Shown piece after piece: positions 12,211-20,838 of a DNA stretch of 64,000 nucleotides. The position numbers were made by a program, and so were the translations under genes. The stretch's first letter is position 1. Each line of letters begins with the position of its first letter. The DNA lies in contig DATEIR010000120.1 of assembly GCA_035278885.1 (NCBI GenBank), forward strand, positions 8,156 through 72,155, in the 5' to 3' direction. The stretch is from Gemmatimonadales bacterium (GTDB lineage: Bacteria > Gemmatimonadota > Gemmatimonadetes > Gemmatimonadales > GWC2-71-9). The notes beneath the pieces are model-generated. The model was not told the DNA's origin, did no database searches, and worked only from the letters and a program-made list of their open reading frames with translations.

Positions 12211-12563
12211 CTCTCCGGCTCGGCCCCGGGCTCCGGCGTCGTCGCGGAGCGCAGGGCCGCCTCGTAGTTGATCTTGAGGCTGCCGAACAGCTCCCGCAGT
12301 CCTCGCACCTTCATCTGCAGGCCACCCCCCCGCCGGGCCATCGTCGACATGAGGCCGGCCGTTTCCGCCAGGCCCGACAGGCTGAGCCCGCCCGATTTCC
12401 CCTTGATCTCGTCCAGCAGCCGGATCAGGCCGCGCACGACGACGTCGTCGGCGCGCAGCGCGGACATCTCCTCGATCACGGCATGGATTCGCTGGAACCG
12501 CTGCGGCAGGGTCTGCAGATACTCGAGCTGCGCCACCTGTCGCGACGAGAGCTTCTGGGCCAT
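12207..12563 (-). CDS. Stand-alone Hpt-like (CheA P1-like) four-helix protein with Asp at the acceptor-His position
   Basis: ATG 12563, GC3-rich. IRLLDEIKGKSGGLSLSGLAETAGLMSTMARRGGGLQ aligns by eye with E. coli CheA P1 FRAAHSIKGGAGTFGFSVLQETTHLMENLLDEARRGEMQL. Confidence 0.6.
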   Translation of the reverse strand: MAQKLSSRQVAQLEYLQTLPQRFQRIHAVIEEMSALRADDVVVRGLIRLLDEIKGKSGGLSLSGLAETAGLMSTMARRGGGLQMKVRGLRELFGSLKINYEAALRSATTPEPGAEPES

Positions 12564-12729
12564 ACGCACGATCCGGTGGCGGGATTCGTCGAAAACCCTG
12601 TCAGTGATTCGTCAATCTAACGCCGAACGGTGAATCTCTCGGCTGCACGTTGCGTAGGGCAACGGGCCTGGGGTCTGGGACCCTGGGTCTTCCCACTCGG
12701 TATGCGGCGCTACTACTGCAGGTAACCCT

Positions 12730-15700
12730 ATGAAGCTCTCGGACCTGTCCATCCGCCGGCCGGTGCTCGCCAGCATGCTGAGCCTGGCCCTCGTGCTCTT
12801 CGGTGCGCTGGGGTACTTCCAACTGTCGGTGCGCGAGTTTCCCGACGTCGATCCGCCGATCGTCTCGGTGAGCACCGTCTTGCCCGGCGCCAATCCGCAG
12901 GTGGTGGAGTCCGCGGTCACCGACATCCTCGAGGAAGAGCTGAGCACGGTGGAGGGACTCAGGACGCTCACCAGCTCGAGCCAGGAGGGTATCAGCAACA
13001 TCACCCTCGAGTTCAATCTCGATCGCGACGTGGAGGCCGCCGCGCAGGACACCCGCGACAAGGTGGCCCGGGTGCGCGAGCGCCTGCCCGAGGACGTGGA
13101 AGAGCCGGTGGTCGCCAAGCAGGACGCCGACGCGCAGCCCTTCTTCTGGCTGGCCCTGTCGGGGGCGAACTACGATCTGCTCCAGCTCTCCGACCTCGGC
13201 GACCGGCTGGTGAAGAGCCGACTGCAGACGCTCCCCGGGGTGGGCCAGGCGCGCATCTTCGGCGAGCGCCGCTTCTCCATGCGGGTCTGGCTCGATGCCT
13301 CCCAGCTGGCGGCCCGCGGCCTCACGGTGCAGGACGTCCAGCAGGCGATCCGGAGCCGGAACGTCGAGGTGCCGGCGGGCCGCATCGAGTCGGAGCGGCG
13401 GGAGTTCACGGTCCGGAGCCTGGGCGAGCTCAAGACCCCGGAGGAGTTCTCCGACCTGACGGTGAGCAATACCGACGGGGTGCTGGTCAAGCTGCGCGAT
13501 CTCGGCCGGGTCGAGCTGGGGCCGGAGGACGAGCGGAGCACGCTGCGCTACAACAGCACGCCCGCCGTCGCCATCGGCGTGGTGCGGCAGTCCAAATCCA
13601 ACATCATCGAAGTGGCCAAGCTGATCCGGGCGGAGCTGCCCCGGATCCAGCAATCGCTCCCGCCCGGCGTGCACATCGACACCGCCTTCGACCAGTCGAT
13701 CTTCGTGCAGCGCTCGATCCAGGAGGCCGAGGAGACCCTGCTGATCGCCGCGGGATTGGTGGTGGTGATCATCTTCGTGTTCCTGCGAAACCTCCGGGCC
13801 ACGATCATTCCGGGGCTCGCGATCCCCACATCCATCGTGGCCACGTTCGCGATCATGTACTTCCTGGGCTTCTCGATCAACAACTTCACCCTGCTCGCGC
13901 TCACGCTCGCCATCGGCATCGTGGTGGACGACGCGATCATCGTGTTGGAGAACGCCTACCGGCACCAGGAAGAGCTGGACGAGAGCCCCGATCTGGCGGC
14001 GACCAACGGGACCCGGGAGATCGCCTTCGCGGTGCTCGCCACGACCATCGCCCTGGTGGCGGTGTTCACCCCGCTGGCCTTCCTCAAGGGCTCGACCGGG
14101 CGGCTGTTCAACGAGTTCGGCATCGCGGTCGCGGGATCGGTCATCATCTCCGGCTTCGTGGCGCTCACCCTCACGCCGATGCTCTGCGCCAAGATCCTGC
14201 GGGTGCCGCCGCGCCACGGGGTGCTCTACCGCGCGCTGGAGCAGGGCTTCAACAGCCTGGCCTCGGGGTATGCCCGGGCGCTCGGCTTCGCCCTGCGCCA
14301 CCGGCTCGCCGTGGTCGCGCTCGCCGTGGGGGTGACCGTCGGGGCGGTATTCGCCTTCCGCGGGCTCAAGCGCGAATTCGTCCCGCCCGAGGACCGGGGG
14401 TGGTTCTTCAACTTCATCATCGCGCCCGAGGGCTCCTCGCTGGCCTACACCGACGGATACCAGCGCCAGGCCGAGGCGATCCTGGCCAAGACCAAGGGCG
14501 TCGCGAGCTACTTCAGCGTGGTGAACCTGGGCGACGGCGTGAGCCGGGGAATGATCTTCACCAACCTCGAGGACTGGTCCACCCGCACCCGCTCGGTGCA
14601 GGACATCATCGGCGAGGTGCAGCCCCAGTTCTTCGGTATCCCGGGCATTTTCGCCTTCGCCAACAATCCGCCGGCGTTCGGCTTCGGCAGCCCGGTCAAT
14701 TTCGTGATCCAGCACCCCAACTTCGACTCGCTGTCGCGAGGGAACGACACGCTGCTGGCCCGGGCCCGCCAGGTGGCGGGGCTGATCAACGTGGACAGCG
14801 ACCTGCGGGTCAACAAGCCGCAGCTCACCGTCACCTTCGACCGCGATCGGGCGGAGGACCTCGGCATCCCGGTGGCGGACGTGGCCACCACCCTGCAGGT
14901 GCTGCTGGGTGGCAACAAGACCAGCACCTTCACCCGCAACAACAAGCAGTACGACGTCATGGTGCAGCTCGACCCGCGCGCGCGGGCCACGCCCAGCGAC
15001 ATGACCGGGCTCTATCTCCGCGGGCGCGGCGGGCAGCTGGTCAAGCTCGAGGCGCTGGCGAACGTGCAGGAGGGAGTCGGCCCTCGGGAGCTCAACCACT
15101 TCAACCGGGTCCGCGCCGCGACGCTCACCGCCAGCCTGGCCCCCGGCTTCACCCTGGGCGAGGCGCTCGACTCGCTCAACCGGATCGCCGCCGACGTGCT
15201 GCCCCGGGGCAGCAGCACCGCCCTGGCCGGCGAGTCGCGCGAGCTGGAGGAGAGCGGCTCGTCGCTCTACTTCGCCTTCGTGCTGGCGCTGGTGGTGGTG
15301 TTCATGGTGCTGGCGAGCCAGTTCGAATCGCTGGTGCACCCCTTCACCGTCCTGCTGGCCGTGCCGCTGGCGGTGACCGGCGCGCTCTTCACCCTGCTGA
15401 TCGCCGGATCGACCATCAACGTCTACAGCCAGATCGGCATGATCCTGCTCATCGGGCTGGTCACCAAGAACTCGATCCTGCTGGTGGAGTACATCAACCA
15501 GCTCAAGGAGCGCGGGCTCGACACCGTGGCCGCGGCGCTGGAAGCGGGACGGATCCGGCTCCGGCCCATTCTGATGACGTCGGTGGCCACCATCATGGGA
15601 GCGCTGCCGATCGCGCTCGGACTCGGCGCGGGCTCGCTGAGCCGGCGGCCACTCGGATTCGCCATCGTCGGCGGGCTCCTGTTCTCGACCATGCTGACCC

Positions 15701-15810
15701 TGTTCGTGGTGCCGGTGGTGTACGTGCTCTTCGACGCCGGCCTTGCCCGGGTCCGGCGGCGCGCCCCCGCCCGGCACGGGGAGCTGGCCCCGGTGGCGGA
15801 GGCCGAGTGA
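12730..15810 (+). CDS. RND (AcrB/HAE1-type) efflux transporter
   Basis: 1026 aa with 12-TM RND architecture. N-terminus MKLSDLSIRRPVLASMLSL... is typical of the family. Confidence 0.95.
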   Translation: MKLSDLSIRRPVLASMLSLALVLFGALGYFQLSVREFPDVDPPIVSVSTVLPGANPQVVESAVTDILEEELSTVEGLRTLTSSSQEGISNITLEFNLDRDVEAAAQDTRDKVARVRERLPEDVEEPVVAKQDADAQPFFWLALSGANYDLLQLSDLGDRLVKSRLQTLPGVGQARIFGERRFSMRVWLDASQLAARGLTVQDVQQAIRSRNVEVPAGRIESERREFTVRSLGELKTPEEFSDLTVSNTDGVLVKLRDLGRVELGPEDERSTLRYNSTPAVAIGVVRQSKSNIIEVAKLIRAELPRIQQSLPPGVHIDTAFDQSIFVQRSIQEAEETLLIAAGLVVVIIFVFLRNLRATIIPGLAIPTSIVATFAIMYFLGFSINNFTLLALTLAIGIVVDDAIIVLENAYRHQEELDESPDLAATNGTREIAFAVLATTIALVAVFTPLAFLKGSTGRLFNEFGIAVAGSVIISGFVALTLTPMLCAKILRVPPRHGVLYRALEQGFNSLASGYARALGFALRHRLAVVALAVGVTVGAVFAFRGLKREFVPPEDRGWFFNFIIAPEGSSLAYTDGYQRQAEAILAKTKGVASYFSVVNLGDGVSRGMIFTNLEDWSTRTRSVQDIIGEVQPQFFGIPGIFAFANNPPAFGFGSPVNFVIQHPNFDSLSRGNDTLLARARQVAGLINVDSDLRVNKPQLTVTFDRDRAEDLGIPVADVATTLQVLLGGNKTSTFTRNNKQYDVMVQLDPRARATPSDMTGLYLRGRGGQLVKLEALANVQEGVGPRELNHFNRVRAATLTASLAPGFTLGEALDSLNRIAADVLPRGSSTALAGESRELEESGSSLYFAFVLALVVVFMVLASQFESLVHPFTVLLAVPLAVTGALFTLLIAGSTINVYSQIGMILLIGLVTKNSILLVEYINQLKERGLDTVAAALEAGRIRLRPILMTSVATIMGALPIALGLGAGSLSRRPLGFAIVGGLLFSTMLTLFVVPVVYVLFDAGLARVRRRAPARHGELAPVAEAE

Positions 15811-17102
15811 TGCTCGCCCTGCTCTTCGCGCTGCAGGCCGCCGCGACCGACGTGGTGCCGGCGCAGGATACGATCCCGCAGGTCACCCTGGGCGACGCGC
15901 TGCGCCGCTCGGCGCAGCTCGATCCCGACTACGTGCAGGCCCTCGGCCGGATCGACAACGCCGAGTGGTCTCGGCGGGCCGCGATGCTCACGTTCATCCT
16001 GCCGTCGGTGTCGCTCGGTCTGGATGAGACCAAGTATTCCCAGGACTTCTTCAATCCGGCCAACCCCGCGGTGCCCACCAGCACGCTCGTGGTGGGCCGC
16101 GCGACCGCCAACTACGAGATCTTCAGCGTCCGGAAGTTCGCCGAGCTGGGCCGCACCAAGGCCGAGCTCGCCAGCGCGGAAGCCGGCGAGGTCGAACAGC
16201 GCTTCCAGGCGGCGCTGGAGACGGAGTCCAGTTACTACGACGTGCTGGTGAACCAGGAGCTCAAACGGGTGGCCGACGAGCGCGTGGCCCGCGCGCAGGA
16301 GGGACTGGCCGTGGCGCGCGCCCGGGTGTCGTCCGGCGCCGCCGTGCCCACCGACTCGCTGCAGCTGGTGCTGGAGCTCACCCGGGCGCAGGTGGATGTG
16401 CTGCGGCAGCAGAACGCGCTGCGCACCGCGCGGCTCGACCTCGGCCGGCGGGTGGGCGTCGCGGGTCCGGTGGACGCGGCGCCGCTCGATACCGCGCCGG
16501 CGCCTCCGCTCCCGATCACCATGGCCGAAGCGCTGCGGGCCGCGCTGGACCAGGGGCCGCAGTACCGGGCCGCCCAGGCCGACGAGCGCGCCGCGGATGC
16601 CACGCTCAAGTCGATGAAGAGCGACTACCTGCCCACGGTGAGCATCGGCGGGCTGCACCAGCGGTACGACACCCAGATCTTCCCCGGCGCGGCCAACATC
16701 AGCTCCCTGACGTTCAGCGTGTCGTTCCCTCTGTGGAACGACGGGCAGCGCGAGATCGCCGCCAGCCAGGCCCGGGTCGATCGGGACGTGGCCCGGGCCA
16801 TCCGCCAGGATCTGGAAGGCGCCGTCCGCCGCGACGTGACCCGGGCCTACGACGGCTACGATGCGCTGCGCGCCGCCGTGGAGCTGGCCCGGGTGGCGGT
16901 CACCGTCGCCCGGGAGACCTACCGGATGCAGGAGCTGCGCTACCGCGCCGGCGCCGGCACCATCCTCGACTTCCTCGATGCCCAGGTGAACCTGGCGCAA
17001 TCGGAAGCCGACCTGGTCCAGGCCCGCTACCAGACCCGGCTGGCACTCGCCGGGCTGGAGGCGATCCTGGGCCGCCGACTCTTTTCCGGGAATGCATCGT
17101 GA
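15810..17102 (+). CDS. Outer-membrane efflux protein (TolC/OEP family)
   Basis: ATG 15810 shares one nt with the RND stop (TGATG). Signal peptide and two OEP repeats. Confidence 0.85.
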   Translation: MLALLFALQAAATDVVPAQDTIPQVTLGDALRRSAQLDPDYVQALGRIDNAEWSRRAAMLTFILPSVSLGLDETKYSQDFFNPANPAVPTSTLVVGRATANYEIFSVRKFAELGRTKAELASAEAGEVEQRFQAALETESSYYDVLVNQELKRVADERVARAQEGLAVARARVSSGAAVPTDSLQLVLELTRAQVDVLRQQNALRTARLDLGRRVGVAGPVDAAPLDTAPAPPLPITMAEALRAALDQGPQYRAAQADERAADATLKSMKSDYLPTVSIGGLHQRYDTQIFPGAANISSLTFSVSFPLWNDGQREIAASQARVDRDVARAIRQDLEGAVRRDVTRAYDGYDALRAAVELARVAVTVARETYRMQELRYRAGAGTILDFLDAQVNLAQSEADLVQARYQTRLALAGLEAILGRRLFSGNAS

Positions 17103-18235
17103 GACCGACGCAGACCATCAGGCCGCACCTGCTGCCCGCCCTGCTGCTGGGCGCGGCGGCCGTCGCCTGTAGTGGAGCCGAAGGCAAGTCGAAGAACGCC
17201 GCCGGCGCGCCCGGCGGAGGCGGTCCGCCGGCCATGCCGGTGGAGGTCGTCGCTGCCCGGACCGACACGGTGGTGGACGCCATCCTCGCCACCGGCCAGA
17301 TCGAAGCGATGCAGTCGGTGGAGCTGCGGCCCGACATCGAAGGCCGGATCGCCGAGATCGTGGTGCGCGAGGGCGCCACCGTGGCGCGCGGCGCCCCGCT
17401 GTTCAAGGTGGACGACGCCGAGCTCAAGGCCGAGGTGGACCGCGCCGAAGCCGACCGCGACCTGGCCCGCCAGTCGCTGGCCCGCACCCGCGAGCTGCTG
17501 GGCCAGAAGGCGTCCAGCCAGTCGGAGCTCGAGCGCGCCGAAGCCACCTCCCGCAGCACCGAGGCTCAGCTCGCGCTGCTCAAGGTGCGGCTCGACCGCA
17601 CGGTGGTGCGGGCGCCCTTCGCCGGGGTGGCGGGAGAGCGGCACGTGAGCCTGGGTGACTACGTGACCACCAGCACCCCGCTGCTCACGGTGCAGACCGT
17701 CTCGCCCCAGCGGGCCTCGTTCCAGGTTCCCGAGCGCTACGCCGACCAGCTCAAGGTGGGCCAGCAGGTAACCTTCCGGGTCGCCGCCCTGCCGGGACGC
17801 GAGTTCACCGGCCGGGTGGACTTCGTGGACCCGCTGGTTCAGCTTCCCGGACGGACGATCACGGTCAAGGCCGTGGTGCCCAACCCGCGGCGTGAGCTGC
17901 AGGCCGGAATGTTCATCGAGGTCCGGCTCGCGACCGCGGTGCGGCCCGAGGCCGTGATCATCGCCGAGGACGCGGTGCTGCCGATCCAGGGCAGCAGCTT
18001 CGTGTGGGTCGTGCAGGGCGGCAAGGCGACCCGGCGACAGGTGGAGCTCGGGGTCCGCACCCCGGGCCTCGTGGAAGTGCGGAGCGGCGTCGAGTCGGGT
18101 GAGGAGGTCGTGGTCGGCGGCCAGGAGCGCTTGGCCGAGGGCGCCCCGGTTCAGGCCAAGGTGGTGGATCGGACCCGGACGGGTCCGCCCGAGGTGGAGG
18201 CCGCCGGGGCCGCCGGCAAGGACACCGCGAGCTAG
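17099..18235 (+). CDS. RND periplasmic adaptor (membrane fusion protein) lipoprotein
   Basis: GTG 17099 overlaps the OMF stop (GTGA). Lipobox AVACSG. HlyD-like lipoyl, coiled-coil and beta-barrel pattern. Confidence 0.85.
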   Translation: MRPTQTIRPHLLPALLLGAAAVACSGAEGKSKNAAGAPGGGGPPAMPVEVVAARTDTVVDAILATGQIEAMQSVELRPDIEGRIAEIVVREGATVARGAPLFKVDDAELKAEVDRAEADRDLARQSLARTRELLGQKASSQSELERAEATSRSTEAQLALLKVRLDRTVVRAPFAGVAGERHVSLGDYVTTSTPLLTVQTVSPQRASFQVPERYADQLKVGQQVTFRVAALPGREFTGRVDFVDPLVQLPGRTITVKAVVPNPRRELQAGMFIEVRLATAVRPEAVIIAEDAVLPIQGSSFVWVVQGGKATRRQVELGVRTPGLVEVRSGVESGEEVVVGGQERLAEGAPVQAKVVDRTRTGPPEVEAAGAAGKDTAS

Positions 18236-18243
18236 GAGAGAGC

Positions 18244-18708
18244 GTGCTGGAGCCCGGCACCGCCCCGCCCCCATTCACCCTCGAGGACGCCGGCGGCCGC
18301 CGGGTCTCCCTCGCCGACCTCCGTGGCCGGGATGTCGTGCTCTTCTTCTATCCGGCCGACGACACCCCGGGCTGCACCAAGGAGGCCTGCGGTTTCCGCG
18401 ACGCGTGGGCCGACCTGACCGCCCGCGGAGTGACCGTCCTCGGCGTCTCGCCCGACCCGGCGGCCTCGCATCGCGCCTTTGCCGAGAAGTACCGGCTGCC
18501 CTTTACCCTCCTGTCGGACCTCGACCGATCGGTCATGCGGGCCTATGGTGCCTACGGCGAGAAGACGCTGTACGGCCGAAAGGTGACCGGCGTGATCCGC
18601 TCGACGGTATGGATCGGCCCGGATGGACTGGTGCGGCGGCACTGGCCCCGAGTATCCAACGCGGCGCTGCACCCGGGCAAGGTCCTGGAGGCGATTCGCG
18701 CCGGCTGA
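18244..18708 (+). CDS. bcp: Peroxiredoxin Bcp (thiol peroxidase)
   Basis: FYPADDTPGCTKEAC active-site motif. 154 aa. Confidence 0.9.
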   Translation: MLEPGTAPPPFTLEDAGGRRVSLADLRGRDVVLFFYPADDTPGCTKEACGFRDAWADLTARGVTVLGVSPDPAASHRAFAEKYRLPFTLLSDLDRSVMRAYGAYGEKTLYGRKVTGVIRSTVWIGPDGLVRRHWPRVSNAALHPGKVLEAIRAG

Positions 18709-18741
18709 GCCCGCACAGGGGCTATATTCCACACCTCCCGT

Positions 18742-19518
18742 ATGATGGATCCGCGCATGACCGCACGCAGTGCCCAGCCGTCCTCGGCCCCCCCGAGCCC
18801 ACGCCCAGCGCCGCCCGCCTCCCGGCCCTTCCTGAGCTGGCTCTGGGAGTGGACCAAGTCGATCCTCGTCGCGCTGGTGGTCTGGTTCTTCCTGCGGACT
18901 TTCCTGGTCGAGGCCTTTCGGATTCCCTCCGGGAGCATGGAGAACACCCTGCTGATCGGAGACTTCCTGTTCGTCAACAAGGCCCTCTACGGCGCCGAAG
19001 TCCCGCTGGTGAAGACCCGGCTTCCCGCGGTCCGCGAGCCGCGTCGCAACGACATTCTGGTCTTCGACTCGGTCGAGGAGGAAGGGCTCAAGGTCGTCAA
19101 GCGCCTGATCGGCGTTCCGGGCGACACGCTGGCCATGGAAGGCGGCGTGCTCTACCGCGACGGCAAGCGGGTGGACGAGCCGTACGCCCTGCACGGCGAC
19201 CCGACCCGGTCCGAAGAACCGATGCAGCGCGCCAAGATGCGCCAATGGCAGCTGCCGCACGTGGTTGGTCGGGACACCGCGAGCTACCAGCCCGATCTCC
19301 AGGATTGGGGACCGATCGTGGTGCCGGCCGACTCGTTCTTCATGATGGGCGACAACCGCGACAGCTCGTACGACGGCCGCTACTGGGGCTTTCTGCCCCG
19401 GGCCAACGTGCGGGGACGGCCGCTGGTGGTCTACTTCAGCTACGATCAGACGAGCTGGCGCTCGTGGCCGATCATCACCGCGGTGCGGTGGGGTCGGATC
19501 TTCACGGTGCCTCGTTAG
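18742..19518 (+). CDS. lepB: Signal peptidase I
   Basis: SGSMENTL (catalytic Ser box), KRLIGVPGD, GDNRDSSYDGRYWGFLP. Confidence 0.9.
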   Translation: MMDPRMTARSAQPSSAPPSPRPAPPASRPFLSWLWEWTKSILVALVVWFFLRTFLVEAFRIPSGSMENTLLIGDFLFVNKALYGAEVPLVKTRLPAVREPRRNDILVFDSVEEEGLKVVKRLIGVPGDTLAMEGGVLYRDGKRVDEPYALHGDPTRSEEPMQRAKMRQWQLPHVVGRDTASYQPDLQDWGPIVVPADSFFMMGDNRDSSYDGRYWGFLPRANVRGRPLVVYFSYDQTSWRSWPIITAVRWGRIFTVPR

Positions 19519-19524
19519 GCGCCG

Positions 19525-19776
19525 TCAGTGATGAGGGCGGGGAGCTTCGGGCAGCGACGAGCGGCTGAGCGTGCGGGCGATGTAGACGGCGGTCCGGCCG
19601 CAGGCGGCGCAATGCAGCGTGATCCGGCCGCCGGCCGCGTCGCCGGAGCGTTGGGGGACTCGTTCGATGGCGGTGGCGTTGCAGGAGGGGCACACGAGAG
19701 GTTTCTGGTCCCGATCCGCGGCGATCAGTATCAGCGCTTCCGGTGCGCGATATTCCTTGATGCCCCTACGTCCCAC
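19525..19776 (-). CDS. Small zinc-ribbon protein (hypothetical)
   Basis: GTG start. CPSC...CAAC Cys4 pattern. Moderately GC3-rich. Confidence 0.45.
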   Translation of the reverse strand: MGRRGIKEYRAPEALILIAADRDQKPLVCPSCNATAIERVPQRSGDAAGGRITLHCAACGRTAVYIARTLSRSSLPEAPRPHH

Positions 19777-19812
19777 GGCTGCACCTTCCCGGCGGAGCCC
19801 CGGGTGGCGGAC

Positions 19813-20274
19813 ATGATCGGCTCCGCTCGTCCTTCAGAATTTAGGAAACCCCCGTTGCCGGCGCAAAGGTGGATCGGCAGCCTCGTAACCACTGTATGCC
19901 TTGCAATGGCGTGCGCTTCCACACTGTTCGCGCAGGAGCTGCATGAAATCCGACTGGTCGCGGATCCGAAGGCCGAGAGCTATCGCTTCGAGCCGGCATC
20001 GATCAAGGCCAGGCCGGGCGACCTCCTGCTGTTCCGGGTCGTGAGTGGCGCACCCCACAACATCGCCCTCGAGCCCGGCGATATGGCGGATGCCGATCGG
20101 CAGGCGTGGAACGCCGCGCTTCCCCGCCGGACTGCGGACCTGAGCGGCCCGCTCCTGGTGCGCTCCGGAATGACATACCGAGTGGTGGTGCCGGCCGTGC
20201 CGCCGGGAACCTATCGGTACTTCTGCCTCACCCACCGGGCCTATGACGAGAAGGGCGAGATCGTAGTTCACTGA
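19813..20274 (+). CDS. Secreted cupredoxin-like protein (atypical ligand set)
   Basis: ATG 19813. Plastocyanin-like PGDLLLFRVVSGAPHNIAL ... GTYRYFCLTHRAYDEKGEIVV. Cys and His are present, but there is no Met after the His. Confidence 0.7.
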   Translation: MIGSARPSEFRKPPLPAQRWIGSLVTTVCLAMACASTLFAQELHEIRLVADPKAESYRFEPASIKARPGDLLLFRVVSGAPHNIALEPGDMADADRQAWNAALPRRTADLSGPLLVRSGMTYRVVVPAVPPGTYRYFCLTHRAYDEKGEIVVH

Positions 20275-20323
20275 GCGCGACCCACCGGTCGCGCGGGTAC
20301 GCCCCAGGTCCACCCTGGGGCGT
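20275..20323 (+). terminator. Tandem GC-rich hairpins downstream of the cupredoxin gene
   Basis: GCGCGACC-cacc-GGTCGCGC (20275-20294) and ACGCCCCAGG-tccac-CCTGGGGCGT (20299-20323). The U-tract is weak. Confidence 0.45.
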
Positions 20324-20448
20324 TGCTGTATGCGATTTGAATAGGTAGCGATTGCTACTACTAGCCAACGGGGTCCCACGGTGCGAAGATTCGGCTGCGT
20401 GGGGCGACCGCCCCCATCCACCTGGACGCGTCGGCGAAGGAGGACATT

Positions 20449-20823
20449 GTGGTATCAGAACTTGGCGGCTCGCAGATCTCGACCTTGCTGGAGACGTTGC
20501 CTGGGATCGCCAACGTTCTGCGGAGCCCGGTCGCGGACGCCCTGAGCAACATCATCCGCTCGGCCGCCCGACTGTCCGAATTCAATGTCGCCGATGCCGA
20601 TGAGCTGGTGAAATACGCTACCCGCCGCGGACTGCTTGGTCAGGACGAGGGAGATCGGCTGCTGCAGGAGGTCCATCTGGCGGAGCAGCGACGGGTCGAG
20701 CGGGCAGCCGACCGGGAAAAGGCGCTCAAGGCCAAGGCGCGGGCAAAGGCCAAGACGGTCCGGCCGGTGAAAGCAGTCAAGAAGAAGGCGGTGAAGAAGG
20801 CGGCCAAGGCCAAGCGGCGCTAG
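20449..20823 (+). CDS. Hypothetical protein with histone-H1-like Lys/Ala-rich C-terminal tail
   Basis: GTG start. Tail KALKAKARAKAKTVRPVKAVKKKAVKKAAKAKRR. Confidence 0.65.
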   Translation: MVSELGGSQISTLLETLPGIANVLRSPVADALSNIIRSAARLSEFNVADADELVKYATRRGLLGQDEGDRLLQEVHLAEQRRVERAADREKALKAKARAKAKTVRPVKAVKKKAVKKAAKAKRR

Positions 20824-20838
20824 CCGCGGCCGTCCTGA

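Noticed and set aside
12601-15777. 1058-aa ORF antisense to the RND transporter. Other very long antisense or out-of-frame ORFs include 717..1886 (+), 1267..2955 (-), 3851..5410 (-), 14400..15809 (+, out of frame with the RND gene), 15423..17000 (-), 17027..18274 (-), 20974..22602 (+), 22584..23837 (+), 38294..39658 (-), 41102..42841 (-), 50085..51950 (+), 52336..53418 (+), 54195..55292 (+), 55353..56366 (-), 58620..59798 (-) and 60824..61924 (-).
   Set aside because: These are typical high-GC shadow ORFs. They are Arg/Gly/Pro/Ala/His-rich low-complexity translations with no motifs. Each lies opposite, or out of frame with, a gene that has clear family signatures and GC3-rich codons.
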